From the NCBI RefSeq assembly GCF_016433145.1, contig NC_058134.1, positions 64,065,387 through 64,129,386 on the forward strand: a stretch of DNA of 64,000 nucleotides, in the 5' to 3' direction. The position numbers and the translations under genes are program-made. Shown in pieces: positions 1 to 12,735 of the stretch. Numbering within the stretch: position 1 is the first letter of the stretch; every line of letters begins with the position of its first letter. The DNA is from Gracilinanus agilis. Lineage: Eukaryota. Under the pieces are notes generated by a model, which ran no database searches, was not told the DNA's origin, and saw only the letters and a program-made list of their open reading frames with translations.

Positions 1-72
<72 letters not shown>
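1..72. repeat. (GA)n microsatellite
   Basis: Near-pure GA dinucleotide run at the window start. Confidence 0.97.
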
Positions 73-76
<4 letters not shown>

Positions 77-1599
77 ATTCTTGTCTAAACACACAGAACC
101 AGCTGGCCATAGGTCAGTAGAGGTTATAGCAATCATCAGGAGATCAATCCAATGGAAACACACAGCTCAGTGAGAGCAGTATAGGGATCTCAATAGAATC
201 TGGTAGTCCTGTAGTATATAAGGAAATTGTATACCCATATAGAGTTGCAATACAATATGTATCCTTCCAACATGGGTCCTTCATCCATGATCCCTATGCA
301 TGCTCACTCTTCCCCATGATAGTGTATATATTTGTAGAAAGGTGTTGTCAAGGTTTATGGGGAAATGTTCTATTTCATGCCTTGTTACCTAGAGATTTCA
401 TTAAATGCCTTTGCTTTGAATTATATCACTAGAATGCCTAGAAATAAACACATCAGTGGTGGCTCCTAAACTAACATTTTACATGGATGTGAACTCCTAG
501 AGTACCCACACAGAATCTGAGATTCATACTTGAGGCCCCACATGAGAGGGAAATCCCTGAGGTCTTGAATTCAAATTCATATGAAATAAATACAAGGCAG
601 TTTGGAGGAGAAGTTCCCTCAGTTGAAAAATTGGCAAAGAATAAGAAACAGAAACCATCAACAACCATAGGAAAAAATACTCCAAAGCCTTAAAAATTAG
701 AGAATTGCAAATTATGTAACTGGCATTCTATCTTACAAACTCATGTGACAAATCATAAGCTAAGGATACCCTAAAGATGCAATGACCCACTGTGATTCCT
801 GGAAACCAGTGATTTTTCCTCCTTAAAGAGAAAATATGGACCATGATGAAGAAAAAGACATCTTTTTGGTCATGGCCAATATGGAAATTTATTTTGCTTT
901 ACTATGTATACTTGTTACAAGGGTTTTATTTTGGTATGTTTGTTTTTTTCTAGGAGGAGAGGGAGGTGAGAAGAAAAAAAGAAATGCTTGTAAATCAGAA
1001 AAATAAAGCCAAGGCATTTGCAGCCGGAGAGATTAGTAAGGGCTTCATGGAAAAGGTAGCATTTGAACTTAATTTTGAAGGAAAGTAGGGATTCTTTGGC
1101 GTCCACTTCACAGAAGTGGGGGTTGTCAATGCAAAAAGCATCAGGACCACGTGTGAAGGTAAGCAAGATGGTAGGTTTGACTGGACTATGTTAAGGAAAA
1201 TAATAGAGAAAGCTGGAAAGACAGGCTGTCAGTGTCCTTTAAATCTTTTATTTTCTCACGTTTGTATCCTCCAGTTCTTTGAAAAGGGGCCCAGAATTTG
1301 CACTTCTGCCTTTGTATCCCTGGTGCCTAACGCAGTGCTTTGCACACATCAGTGATGCTTAGTAAAAGACTGTTGAATTTATTTTTTAAAAAAACAATTA
1401 ATTGAAATCTTTAAGCGGGGGGTGGGGGAGGCAGTTAGGTGCTTCGGTCTGCAGACGTTATGAAAATTTGAGTCAAAAGTAACCAGCCAAAAAAGTCTCT
1501 TTTCCAAGCGTGGTCTTGTGTCTGGTAGAGTGGCACAGTATATAAAGCCCTGGCTCGGACAGGGAATTGAAAGCGGCGCTCATTCTACTGCCACTGCAC

Positions 1600-2130
1600 C
1601 CCGCCCCCACCCCCTCTAAATCGAAACCATTTATCCCCCTAGCCTAGAAAGGGAGCCCAAAATTGAGGTCAGCGGCGCTTGCAGGCCTGAGAGGCTGGCG
1701 CAGGCTGACCACTGACAATACGGCCGACTTTTTTTCCTTCGAACTTGGCGGCTGGAGGCAGAGCGGTGCCAAGCCCGAGCCGCACCAACCTGGGCACCCC
1801 ACGACCCTCCGCCTAGTGGCTGGAGCACGCACCAGTCTCCGCCCTGCGCCGAAAGGGGCGGATCTGGGGAAGAGTTCCGTAGGCCGATGCGCCTCGGCCG
1901 GGGAATATGGCTCGGCTTCTCCTCCGAGGATTTTCCCGGCTAGGCTGGAGAGAGCTGCCCTCTAGGGCCCTGCACAGAGGCCCCTGTGTCTGCTTCGGTG
2001 AGGGGAGAGCCAGCCACCCGGACGTAGGTAGGACAGGGCGGGCCCTGGCTATCGCAGGCCCGCGCCCCCGGGGGATCCCAGGCAGTCAGGAGAGCAGCAA
2101 AGTTGACCCCCTAAACCCTCCACTCCCCGC
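1600..2130. promoter_or_regulatory. MSRB2: CpG-island promoter / 5' end of MSRB2
   Basis: Only clearly GC- and CpG-dense stretch of an otherwise CpG-depleted window; it overlaps the first coding exon. A TATATAAA lies upstream at 1539-1546; its use is not shown. Confidence 0.85.
1907..2027 (+). CDS. MSRB2: Methionine-R-sulfoxide reductase B2, coding exon 1 (Arg-rich mitochondrial-presequence-like N-terminus)
   Basis: ATG in strong context (aatATGg). MARLLLRGFSRLGWRELPSRALHRG... resembles the recalled mammalian MSRB2 start MARLL. Phase-1 donor TAG|GTAGGA after 2027; alternative phase-1 donor TCG|GTGAGG after 1997. Confidence 0.85.
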
Positions 2131-2669
2131 ACCGCCCTGGGGCCTCCACCTCCATCCAGCCCACGACCCCTCCCCATTTGTCCCCAACTATCCCTCCACT
2201 ACCGTCCCTCTCCAGTCGTCCCCTCCCCTGACTGTTTCCTCCTCCAACTGTCATGTCCTCAGCTGTCCCCTCCTCCAGCTGTCCCCGCCCCCCGCTGTCC
2301 TTACCCTTTCTCCCCAGGTTTCAGTTTTGCTTTTCTCTTTGCCTGGGTGTCCTAGTTGCAGCTCATCGTAGTTTAAGCACTGCTCTTTTTCTGACAAAAC
2401 TGCAAAATCGAACCCTCTTTTCCCCTTGTTTCTCTCTCGGGGTTCAGAGCGAAGCCCCTCTGTCTGCCCCTGTGACCTTGCTTCCTATCTTTCTGCCTTT
2501 GCTTCAGGCTGTGATCCTTTAACTTTTCACAGGTTTATAATTTATCTTCCTAACTAGATCATAGCCTCCACCCTACAGTTGGTTCCCATTAGGACTACGA
2601 CCAAGCATTTCACATACTACGAACAACTTGAATTCGGTCTCACCTAAAGTCCCCCTTTCTGCAATAATC

Positions 2670-2850
2670 CTTCCGTGGTCCACCTTAAAATCAATGCCTT
2701 CCTTCCGGGATTATCTCCAACTCATCCTGTATGTATTTTGTGTCCATATGGTTGTTTGCACGTTCCCTCCGGGGTTAGATTGTAAGCCCTTTGTTCATGG
2801 ACCGTCTTTTGCCTGGCACATAGTAGGGGCTTAATAAATGTTTATTGACT
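2670..2850 (+). mobile_element. L2 LINE 3' end
   Basis: L2-type terminus ...gcctggcacatagtaggggcttaataaatgtttattgactga. Confidence 0.75.
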
Positions 2851-2929
2851 GATAGACACAACATATTTGTTCATCTGACTACTCTGTTCCACCAAAGACT
2901 GATCTGGAATAAATATCAGAGCATCACTC

Positions 2930-3900
2930 TCAAAAGGATAATTGGCTGTTCATTTTTCAAGCAGGTAGTCAATAAACACTTATTAACTACCGGAACTTTC
3001 TATCTGGGGATTCCGAGACAAAAATGGCACAACCTTTGCCCTCGAGGAAGTTACATAGGGATGGGGAAACAAGGTATAAGTATCTCTATTTCTATATCAA
3101 TAGATATCAATATATACAAAATGCTTATAGGGGCATTTCAGGACAGGCTTCGTGGGGATTACAAAATGGCATCCCAGCTTGATCTAGAAGGAAATTAGGA
3201 ATCTCAAAAGCCTGAGGTGATGAGTTTAGTGCATTTTAGGCCTGGAAGACAGCCAGAGCAAAGAAGGCGGAGCTTCATGTGTGCAGAACTGGACCATAGT
3301 GTTGGGAGAGGAATATGTAAAACCTGAAAGTGTGGGAAGGGATCAGATTGTGAAGAGCTTTAAATGTGAGATAGAAAAGCTTACATTTGGCACTAGAGGT
3401 AATGGAGAACTCCTGGAATTTATTGCAAAATCAGGATGATATGGTCAAACCAGTTCTTTAGGGACATGGATTGGAGACCAGAATACCAAACATGGAGGAT
3501 CATGGAGACCAGAATGCCAAAAAGGAGGCCACTGCAACAGTCCAGGCAAGAAATGGTGACAGCTTGGACTAGGGTGGTGGCCATGTGAGTTCAAGAAATG
3601 TCTTGGAGTGAGAAAAAAAATAAAATTTGGCAACCAACTCATCATATGGGATGAGAGTGAACAGTCGATAATGACATCAAGGTTTTGATTGTTGGTTATT
3701 ATGAGGAAGAATGGTGGTGGCCTTAGTAATGACAGAGAAGTACAGAAAAGGGGTGGGTTTTCTGGAAAACATAATGAATTCTGCTTTGAACATGTGTTTG
3801 AAGTGCCAAGGGAACATTCAGGTCAAAATGTAAAATAGACAGTTTGCTCTGTGGAGTTGGAGGACCAGAGAGAAACTAAGACTGGCCACCTAGAACTAGA
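2930..3900 (-). mobile_element. L2 LINE fragment (antisense)
   Basis: gtagtcaataaacacttatta start and ggaggccactgcaacagtccagg-type L2 body; degraded. Confidence 0.7.
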
Positions 3901-4439
3901 AGTCTGCATAGAGATAATGGGATTCTGCAGATGAGATTTATGCTTCAAGGAGGGTATTGGACTAGATGACCCTTGTGAGATCCCTTCTAGCTCTTAAGAA
4001 TCATTAGTGATTTGGGCTAATTTTAGCATATTAAATAACGATTTGATAAGAAAAAGTCAAGTTGATTGTTGATGGTTTTATTTTTTAATTTTTCTTTAAC
4101 AGTTCAAGGGTTGTGATTGTGTTCTCATATCCTGTTTAATAACCTTTCATTTGTGAAGCTGTTCATAAATACTTTGAGGTCTTAGGAAGCTCATAAGTGG
4201 TCAAAAGAAGGAAGATTTTGTTGAATTTTGAGCTACCTTGTAAATGTGAATGAGCAGTGGTGCTTTCAACTATTCAATCAGCTCCAACATTCAAAAATGT
4301 GCCAGTCCCATTACTGCAAACCTGAGGAGTTGGGAGATCAATATCCATACTCTCCCATTTATGTAGTGGAGGATCTTTTTAAAAAACTAGACTTGTGATT
4401 TTGTTGGTACAGAGATGGACCAATGCAATTTAACAACTG

Positions 4440-4790
4440 CTTTATATTTATTTTTTAATATTTAAATTTTTTTCCATAGTTACATGATTCATGTTGTCTT
4501 CCTCCCTCTCTTCCCTCCCCACTCCCAGAGTTGATAAGCAATTCCACTAGGTTTTACATATATCATTGTTCAAAACCTAGTTCCATATTATTTATTTTTG
4601 TAATGGAGTAATATTTTAACACCAAAACCCCAAATCATATACCCTAATAAACAAGTGATAATCCATATGTTTTCTTCTGCCTTTCTACTTCAGCAGTTCT
4701 TTCTTTAGCTGTGGACAGCATTCTTGCTTATTAATCTCTCAGAATTGTCCTGTATCAATATATTACTATTAGTCTGCTTTATACTTAGTA
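4440..4790 (-). mobile_element. L1 (L1_Mdo-type) 3' end, antisense
   Basis: T-rich tail then catagttacatgattcatgttgtc..., the reverse complement of the L1 3' end seen in + orientation at 39850-40030. Confidence 0.85.
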
Positions 4791-4820
4791 CCTGCTCTGT
4801 CTCTTAGAGTCCCTCCCCAT

Positions 4821-5020
4821 CTTTTTTTTTTAAACTCTACCTTCTTAGTATCAATTCTAAAGCAGAAGAGCAGCAAGGGCTAGGCAATAGAAGTTAAGTG
4901 ACTTTCCCAGGGTCACATAGTTGGAAAGTTTCTGAGGTCAGATTTGAACCCAGGTCCTCTTGACTCCAGGCCTAGAACTCAATTCAGAGTGGCTCTATCC
5001 ACTGTGCTACCTGGCTACAC
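4821..5020 (-). mobile_element. Marsupial CORE-SINE (SINE1_Mdo-type), antisense
   Basis: aagtgactttcccagggtcac...gatttgaacccaggtcctc, the reverse complement of the SINE at 21391. Confidence 0.85.
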
Positions 5021-5987
5021 CTATTACTAAGATTCTTAAAAAGACAAGTGACTTAGTGTCAGAGACAGGTCTATTACACATACACTATCAGGCAGTATTT
5101 TGTACTATAAAAAGCTTTTTAGGAAATTCCATCTGAAGGTTCCCTTAAATAGGGCCCTCCGCAACATCACAGAAAAATAGAGTTCCATTTTCAATCATTG
5201 GACCAACTTAGCTGGACCTAGCTTTACTTTGAGTAAGATACCCCTGGCACTTAATTACCATCTGGATAAATGAAAGAGAACATATTCGACGTAGAACCAT
5301 AGATCATCCAAAATTAAGAAGTGTATTTGACTTGAGAATACATATGTGTTAGCAAACTTGCCCTCCAAATTGTTGTACTTTGGTTGAGAAACATTCTCAG
5401 GGAGAAGGGTTCAAATTCTGCCTTACATATGACCCTGAGCAAGTCACTTAACCATTCAGTGGCCCTCCCAACCCAGGCAATTTTCATCTTTGGAGAAAAG
5501 GTAGATGGATACCAAGGATGGTGTATTATTATTTCCACCTCTAGATCTATGGTTCTGAGTCAGTATCAGTTGATAGAAAGATCAGAGCAGAGTGCCCCAA
5601 ATATATGGCACCAGGAGGAAGCTATTATGGAGGCCCCCCCAAATTGCTACGACATAGTACACATATTAATAATTGAGAGCTGACTGGATTTATTAACTTT
5701 GCTACCTACTTGCCTATACTACCTACCCTGATGACCAATGGTCCAACACGTAGATGGACAGAGAGTAGATTTCACTTGCAAACAATAGCTGTACAATAGA
5801 AATGAGTCTTCTATGGGAGATTTGGGATATGAAATTGACAATTGAACCTCAACCTCCTTCTTCTTCCCAAGGCTGCACTTCACATTTTCTCAAGGTCAGC
5901 CCTCATTTTCTCCTCCTTTGATCTAGGCTCTGAGAAAAAAAAGTAGACTTTCTCCTTGCCAAGGACAGCATTTCTTCCATCTCCTCC

Positions 5988-6303
5988 NNNNNNNNNNNNN
6001 NNNNNNNNNNNNNNNNNNNNNNNNNNNNNNNNNNNNNNNNNNNNNNNNNNNNNNNNNNNNNNNNNNNNNNNNNNNNNNNNNNNNNNNNNNNNNNNNNNNN
6101 NNNNNNNNNNNNNNNNNNNNNNNNNNNNNNNNNNNNNNNNNNNNNNNNNNNNNNNNNNNNNNNNNNNNNNNNNNNNNNNNNNNNNNNNNNNNNNNNNNNN
6201 NNNNNNNNNNNNNNNNNNNNNNNNNNNNNNNNNNNNNNNNNNNNNNNNNNNNNNNNNNNNNNNNNNNNNNNNNNNNNNNNNNNNNNNNNNNNNNNNNNNN
6301 NNN
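5988..6303. other. Assembly gap (316 N)
   Basis: Run of N. Confidence 1.
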
Positions 6304-6937
6304 CCATTTTCACTTTTCTCCCTTCTCCCTCTCCTCTCATGTCCCTCTCTCTCCATCCCCCTCCCTATATATTGCTAGCTTGATACCTCTCCCTTCTGAT
6401 GACACCTTCCCAGTTGCCCTTAGTCTTCCCTCAGGAAATGAAGCCATGGTTAATTTTGGAAGGGAGATGGGGATATATAGCAACTTTGAGTTATCTTTGT
6501 ATAGAATCCCTTGTCATAGCTCCTAGCTATACCGGTGATGGGAAATATTTCTTTAGAACCAATAAGAGAACAGAAGGGGTCAAGTGCTACCCTTAGGTGT
6601 TCAGTCAGAATTTATTCAGCTGTTTTTAGTATATAACTGCAGCAGTGATTCTCTCCACAATTCATCCACCCCCACCACCCCCAGCTGCCTCTAGCAGGGA
6701 TAGACAACTGGTCTTCTGCTTGTTATTAAATTTCTTATTAAACCAATGGCCTTCTCAAATCATTTTGTACACAGGATCCCTAGTCATTGTGGAGGGTGAG
6801 AGTCTGGGAGGAAAGGAATTGAATATCTTTTTGCTTTTCCTCTAGATGATAAATAGTATGCTATATAAGACCAATGGGGGAAAAGGAAAAATTTTAATGA
6901 ATCATGCCTTTTAAAATATTCTTTTTAAAAAATATAG

Positions 6938-7032
6938 GGCTTCTCAACAAGCATGATGAGCCAGCCACTGACTGGAAAAAGAAATTGACTCCAGAGCAGT
7001 ACTATGTCACTAGAGAAAAAGGAACAGAACCG
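6938..7032 (+). CDS. MSRB2: MSRB2 coding exon 2
   Basis: tag|GG CTT... gives (G)[31 protein letters not shown], the MsrB/SelR W-x-x-x-L-T-P-E-Q...R-E-K-G-T-E motif. Donor CCG|GTAAAC; 95 nt, phase 1 to phase 0. Confidence 0.96.
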
Positions 7033-10000
7033 GTAAACTAATCCATATGACTTGGGGTGGGGAAGAGCAGGAGCAGAGTGAGGGGTAGGGCTGGGGGTAG
7101 GGGGGAAATAGGGTGAGAGGCCCAGAAGGGAGGGAAAGGAAGGAATAGATGAAAGGCCATAGGCTAAGAGTTGAAACATACGTTAGAAATCAAGTTCAAT
7201 CCCCTCATTTGACAAATGGGGAAACAAGGTCAAAGTCCCAATTCCAGGATTCACATCCAGATCCTCTGACCCAAATCCCATTCTGTTTTCACTGTGCCAT
7301 GAAATTTTTATCAGGACAGCACCTTTGAGAGAATCTGGTTCAACCTTCTCAGTTTACAAATGAGGAAACAGACCTAGGCTTGCCTGTGACCACACAAATA
7401 AATAAAGAGAAGAAGTGGGCTCCAAACCAGAGACTTTTGATCTCAGACCCAGTCTGGAGTATGTGACACTGACACTGACTCTTCTTGTGTCAGGTTACAC
7501 CTCATCAGACCTAAGAGAACATCAGAGAGAATAAGAGAAATCCTTGTCTGATAAAGCTATCCTCCAATCAAAGCAATCAATTGTCTCCTAAGAGATTATT
7601 CCTTCTTATCACTCTGGATTTTATCTGTATTCTTATTGACAACATCATTTCATCCAGGTTAATTCTGCTGCTTTTTGGAGGGGGCAGGGAGAGTGGTATG
7701 ATGGATGGGGTTCAAGACTTCCATCTGAATCCTGGTTCAGCCGCTTTTTAGACCTGGGTTCACATACAAGTCATCTTTCCTCTGTTTCCGTTTCCACATC
7801 TGTAAAATAGGGATCAGAATACCTATAGTAAGTGCATTATAAACCTTAAAGTGGCATATAAATGTCAGTTATTCTTCTGCCCCTCTAATATAGCCAAAAC
7901 AATGTAAATATTTTCCTCGTGGGACTCTTGGGGATAGAGGCTGCCTAATTAGACTTAGGTACTGGACTTCTGAAAGGACTACATTATAAAGAAGTTTCCC
8001 CTGGAGTTATAGAAAAGCTCCAACCTGTTTATCATTTTACTTGTATTTGTCCATGCAAATTCATATGATTGTCTACATAGGAATGCTGTGTTTTACAGTG
8101 AAAGAGCCCTGGACTTGAAAGCAGGGCTAAAAGAAATAATATCTAGCACTTTAGAGTTTGCAAAAGCACTTTATGTACGTTATCTCATTTGATTCTCACA
8201 ATAGCCCTGTGAGATAAGTGCTATTATTCTCCCCATTCTACAGATAAAGAAATGGAGGCTACATGAGGTTTAGTGACTTATTCAAGATCACACTGCTAGT
8301 GAGTATCTGCAGCAGAATTTGATCTTAGGTCCTCCTGTCTCTAAGTCCTGCCTGTGCTCTACCTCCTGTATCATCCGGCTTCCAGTAGACATAGGTTCTA
8401 AGTATGTGCCTGGCATAGGCCCTAAACATAGTAGGTATGGACTAAATGCCTTCTGAATTGAGTTCTAGGCCTGACTGGTCCTTTTAAATAATGGGACCTG
8501 GGCCAAGAATCTTAATCCAACTCTTGTTTCTTCATCAATAAAATGTGATATTATCTTAGTTAACAGGTTACTGGGAGAGTTAAATGAAATGATTTTTTTA
8601 GCATCATTCTCACCCACTTTATTGTTGAAGTGGTGTCCTCTGGCCAGATTTATCCAAGATGTTCTTTTGAATGTTATGGGGAGACGAATGGTATTTCAAG
8701 AGAAAATTCTATGAAAAGTCAGGCGGGTAGTTAATAAAACCTCCATAGCTTGCCCATTACTGCCAAAGGTTTAGACAGTGCCTCCTCATGCAGGAGTCAA
8801 AAATTATAACTGTCCTCTGCATTCTGTTGAGGGCTTCCAGAGTTTATTAAGTCAGTCCCAAATCTCAGATACAGAACAAATGGGTGATTGGATGAATAAA
8901 ATATCTACTAAGCCTTTACTATGAGCAAAACACTTGGGATACTAGTAGGAAAATAAGGCAATTCTGCTCTCAAGGATCTCACACAATAATGGAGGAAGAC
9001 AAAAGCATATGGAAGGTTTCAGCTGCAAATCAGATGGAAAGGTCCCATGATCCTTATGGTGCAGAAGGAAAGCAGATGGTGATGTATCTTCTTTATTGTC
9101 GTCTCCATCGATAAATCATATCACTTTCTAATGCTGAACCATTTGACAGTGCAAAGGACTTTGGTGGCAAGAACTTTCTTTTCTGGGTCATCATTAGCTG
9201 TGACTGTAGCCCCCCGCAGAAGTAGTTGCCAGGCTATGTCTCCACAGGGGTTGACTTCCCACGAGGCTGAAGGCACTGGGCTGGAAGCACAGATATCCCC
9301 AAGGCTTTTGGGCTCAGAGTCCTGGACTGTTTCCATCAGGAGTCCAAGGGGAGACAGCAGTCAGTCGTGGTGGTGGTGGTGGGTGGTTTGATTTGCCTGG
9401 CACATGCTGCCTCCTGTCTCTCTCTTGCAGAGTTTCTTGCTATTTTAGACAGGCTGGCTTGCTTGCCCTGTATGTGGCACACAATTGGTTGCAGTTGGTG
9501 GGATTGGCTAGCCCCTTTTCCACAGGAATTGTTTCCCAGGATAATGGTTGTGAGGACTGGGCTAAAAGCAGAGCACACGGTGGCCCAAGAGGTGCTGCCC
9601 CTCCTGTGCCCATTTGCCAAATAATGTGCATAAATAATGGAGAAGAGCTGCCAGATGTTTAGTAGAATAAATTTATGGGTTTCTCAGGCAGATGGCATAG
9701 ATAACACAGCCTGTATGTTTGGCTATTTTACAAAATGAGCACATTCTGTAATCTGAACTTATGTTGCAAATCCATTTGGAATAGATCCTTTTCCATATTC
9801 GATATGTAAAAAAATGTGTGTCCAACTTGTAAGCCCTTGATAAACTTTATTAAATAAATAACCAGAAAGCTTACAATCTGAGCAGCTTATCTAGCAGTTG
9901 GTGACTTACAAAGTGCTTTCAGTACATCGTGGAATAATAATTATAATCATAGCTAACCTTTCGATAGTACTTGAAGATTTATAGAAAATGTTTTAGGGAC

Positions 10001-11370
10001 ATTCTCTCCATCTAATCTTCATAACAACCAAAGAAGTACTAGCCAGTCACTTCTCACTTTTAAGGAGCTTACACTCAATTTGAGATCAGAACCTTAAATG
10101 ACAGTATGAGATTGTGTATGATTAAGAGACAAGATTACAGTTTACAATGTTATAGGGTAGGTAGGGTTTACCTGGTACAGGACATCAGCATAGAGAGAGA
10201 TGACTGTGAATCAGAGAAAATTAAGAATTGCCGATTTTGTTATGCCCTGAAGAATGAGTATTTGAATGGGCAGATCAGAATGATGTAGTCGGCCTCCCAT
10301 TAATTGCTGGAGGATGCAGATTAGATATTTTTTTTTAAAATGCAAATAAAATGCCCTTTTGCTGAATTTCATGGGCCCAGTTGTGAGTGCCACAAATGTA
10401 AGAGACTTCCCTTCATTACAGATGCCAATCAGTACTCCTGATGGAAGTTCATGGTGGGCCTGCCCATAAAGCAAGGTGCCAGATCCTCTTGGCAGAAGAA
10501 CCAGCTCTGATTTCTACAGCTAATTTTAGGGTTTGCAGAGGGAAAAAGTCCAAATGTGCCCAGATGGTCTGCTCACTAGGTTAATTTGAAATTGTCCTTT
10601 ATGCAGAACACTACAAAATACAGTGGCAAAACTACCATAGGGAGTCTAGATGTTTGACCTCTGAGTTTTCTGACTCAGAAACACATGAGAAGCTCTGAAG
10701 CCCCACGTTTGACTTAGTTAATGCAGCTACCAAGTCAGTCAACAAATCTTATTAAACATCTCTTAGGAGCCGGGCAGGGGGATACAAAATTCCCAGGGTA
10801 TTGGGGGACATGTCCAGAATGGTCATGTTTTAAGTATGCAGTATCTTAAATGCCACACGGAGCATATTAAAGACAGAACACTCCCCCCCACTTCTTTGCT
10901 GAACTATGCTTTTATATATTTATATTCCCACTTTAATTGGGGATTTCAAAGTGCTTTGGCCAGGAGAGCAGATTCCTATTGAATTAGCACCTTTGGAATG
11001 GAGACTGAAACCTTATAGAGTCACAGAGGATGAGACTTTAGTCTCCTGCTTTTTAAAACACTTTGAAGTTCTTGGATGAAAGGTGTTATAGAAATACAAA
11101 GCATTATTAATGCCATAATTTGAATATTTGGCACAATAAAGACTAAGCTGTAAATAAGCCTGCAGGCTTCTTCTAGAGAGAGAACGATGCCACATTTTCT
11201 CGCCTGAGTTATTTGGGTTGCCTGTCAGGTGGGCCCAGGGATTCCTAGAGGCCTTTTTCTGAGTTGTGGCCTTAATTTTAAGACTTGTCTCTTGCCTTTT
11301 TAAATATGGTACTGCAGGATTTGTTCCTGCTGTGGAGCCTAGAAAGCAACCACCTATCTTTATTTTGCAG

Positions 11371-11447
11371 CCCTTCAGTGGAGTCCTTTTGAATAACACA
11401 GAGCCGGGAATGTATCACTGTGTGTGCTGTGACAGCCCATTGTTCAG
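11371..11447 (+). CDS. MSRB2: MSRB2 coding exon 3 (first zinc-binding CxxC)
   Basis: tttattttgcag|CCC TTC AGT gives [25 protein letters not shown]. Donor AG|GTAAGA; 77 nt, phase 0 to phase 2. Confidence 0.97.
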
Positions 11448-11814
11448 GTAAGAGGGGAGAAAGGAGAAGAGATCTCTCCATACCTGGAGAGTTCTGAATG
11501 CTCCAAATCCGTGGTCGGTAGACCTGAAGTCAATGCTACCTAAAGTCAATGTCCAAACACTTGAAGTCTTTTTTTTTTTTTTTTATTACCCAAATTTGAG
11601 AGTTGCTGCAAATAATAGAGGGAATTTGAGCAGAAGTTCTGTCCAAAACAGAGATCCATAACCTGGTACCCATGAACACTCAGGAGGTAGGGGGAGGGCT
11701 GGGGCCAGAAGGCAGGGAGAAGCAGTCCATGGCATGGACTTGGATGGGGAGGAAAATGGCATCTTTTTTTCCTACTAACCTCTAACTGAAATTTAGGATA
11801 TCCTTCAATTATTT

Positions 11815-12175
11815 ATTTTTTTAAATTTTATTTGTTGTTAGTTACATCAAAATTCCCTGGTATCTCCTTCCTTCCCTCCCATCCCTGCACTAGAAAAGAC
11901 ATCAGTTCATATATTCACATATATATGTACATATATATATATACATATATATACACACATTTTTGTATGTCTTTCCTGTTTCTGTTTATCAGTTCTTTCT
12001 CTAGAAAGGGACATTCACAAGTTATTGTTCAAATTTTAATATTCTTCAAACATTATTTCTGTAGCTGTATATGATCTTCTGTTGATTCTACTCATTTTGC
12101 TTTTCACGATTTCATGTCTTTCCATATTTCTTAAAAATTAATCTGCTCTCATTTCTTATGGCACAGTAGTAGTCC
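11815..12175 (-). mobile_element. Old L1 3' fragment, antisense, in MSRB2 intron 3
   Basis: T-rich tail; ttctactcattttgcttttcacgatttcatg resembles an L1 3' region reverse complement. Confidence 0.7.
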
Positions 12176-12735
12176 TTCAATTATTTAAAAAACATTATTC
12201 TGAGGAGTCTATACACTTCTCTAGAATGCCAAAGGGGTCCATGACATGTGAAAAAAAAGTTAAGAACACTTGCTGAAGGTAAAAGCTCTTACTTTTACAA
12301 TATAGTATTATAAAATGTGGAGGTCTGATTATTTTTAATCTAGCTTTGTGTTTTCCTTTCCATGTGCCCAATAATTATAAAGTACAAGTGAGAAGTATTA
12401 TTGGACACCTGAAGACAAAGCCAGGAGAATTTTTTTAAAGGGAAAAAAGTATTGGGGGGAGAAACCCATAATGCTCCATTATCATGAGATGAAAACTGTA
12501 GCCCTATTGGAGAAAATGGGTTTATAACTTAATTTAAGAAATGTAGTATTTCATGAGAATAGACTTCCCCAAAGTACTTGACAGTGGTGAATACCATGCC
12601 CTTTTCTATAGAGTTAAAAGTAAATTAAATTGTCCCTTGATTTCAAAGCCTCTTTTAAGTGAATCAGGATCTGAACTCTCACAACAAAGGCTTTTTGTTT
12701 AGACATGCAGGAAACAGCCTAAAAAAAAGTAGATT

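Noticed and set aside
1907-2371. 154-aa ORF from the MSRB2 ATG
   Set aside because: Beyond codon 40 it is Pro/Ser-rich read-through into intron 1; MsrB homology resumes only at 6938.
5925-5950. tctgagaaaaaaaagtag resembling the start of MSRB2 exon 4 (SEKK)
   Set aside because: It lies before exon 2, reads SEKKK then a stop, and has no GWPSF motif.
5880-6378. ORFs spanning N runs (also 18003-18306, 45863-46366, 59737-60012)
   Set aside because: Open only because N codons contain no stops.
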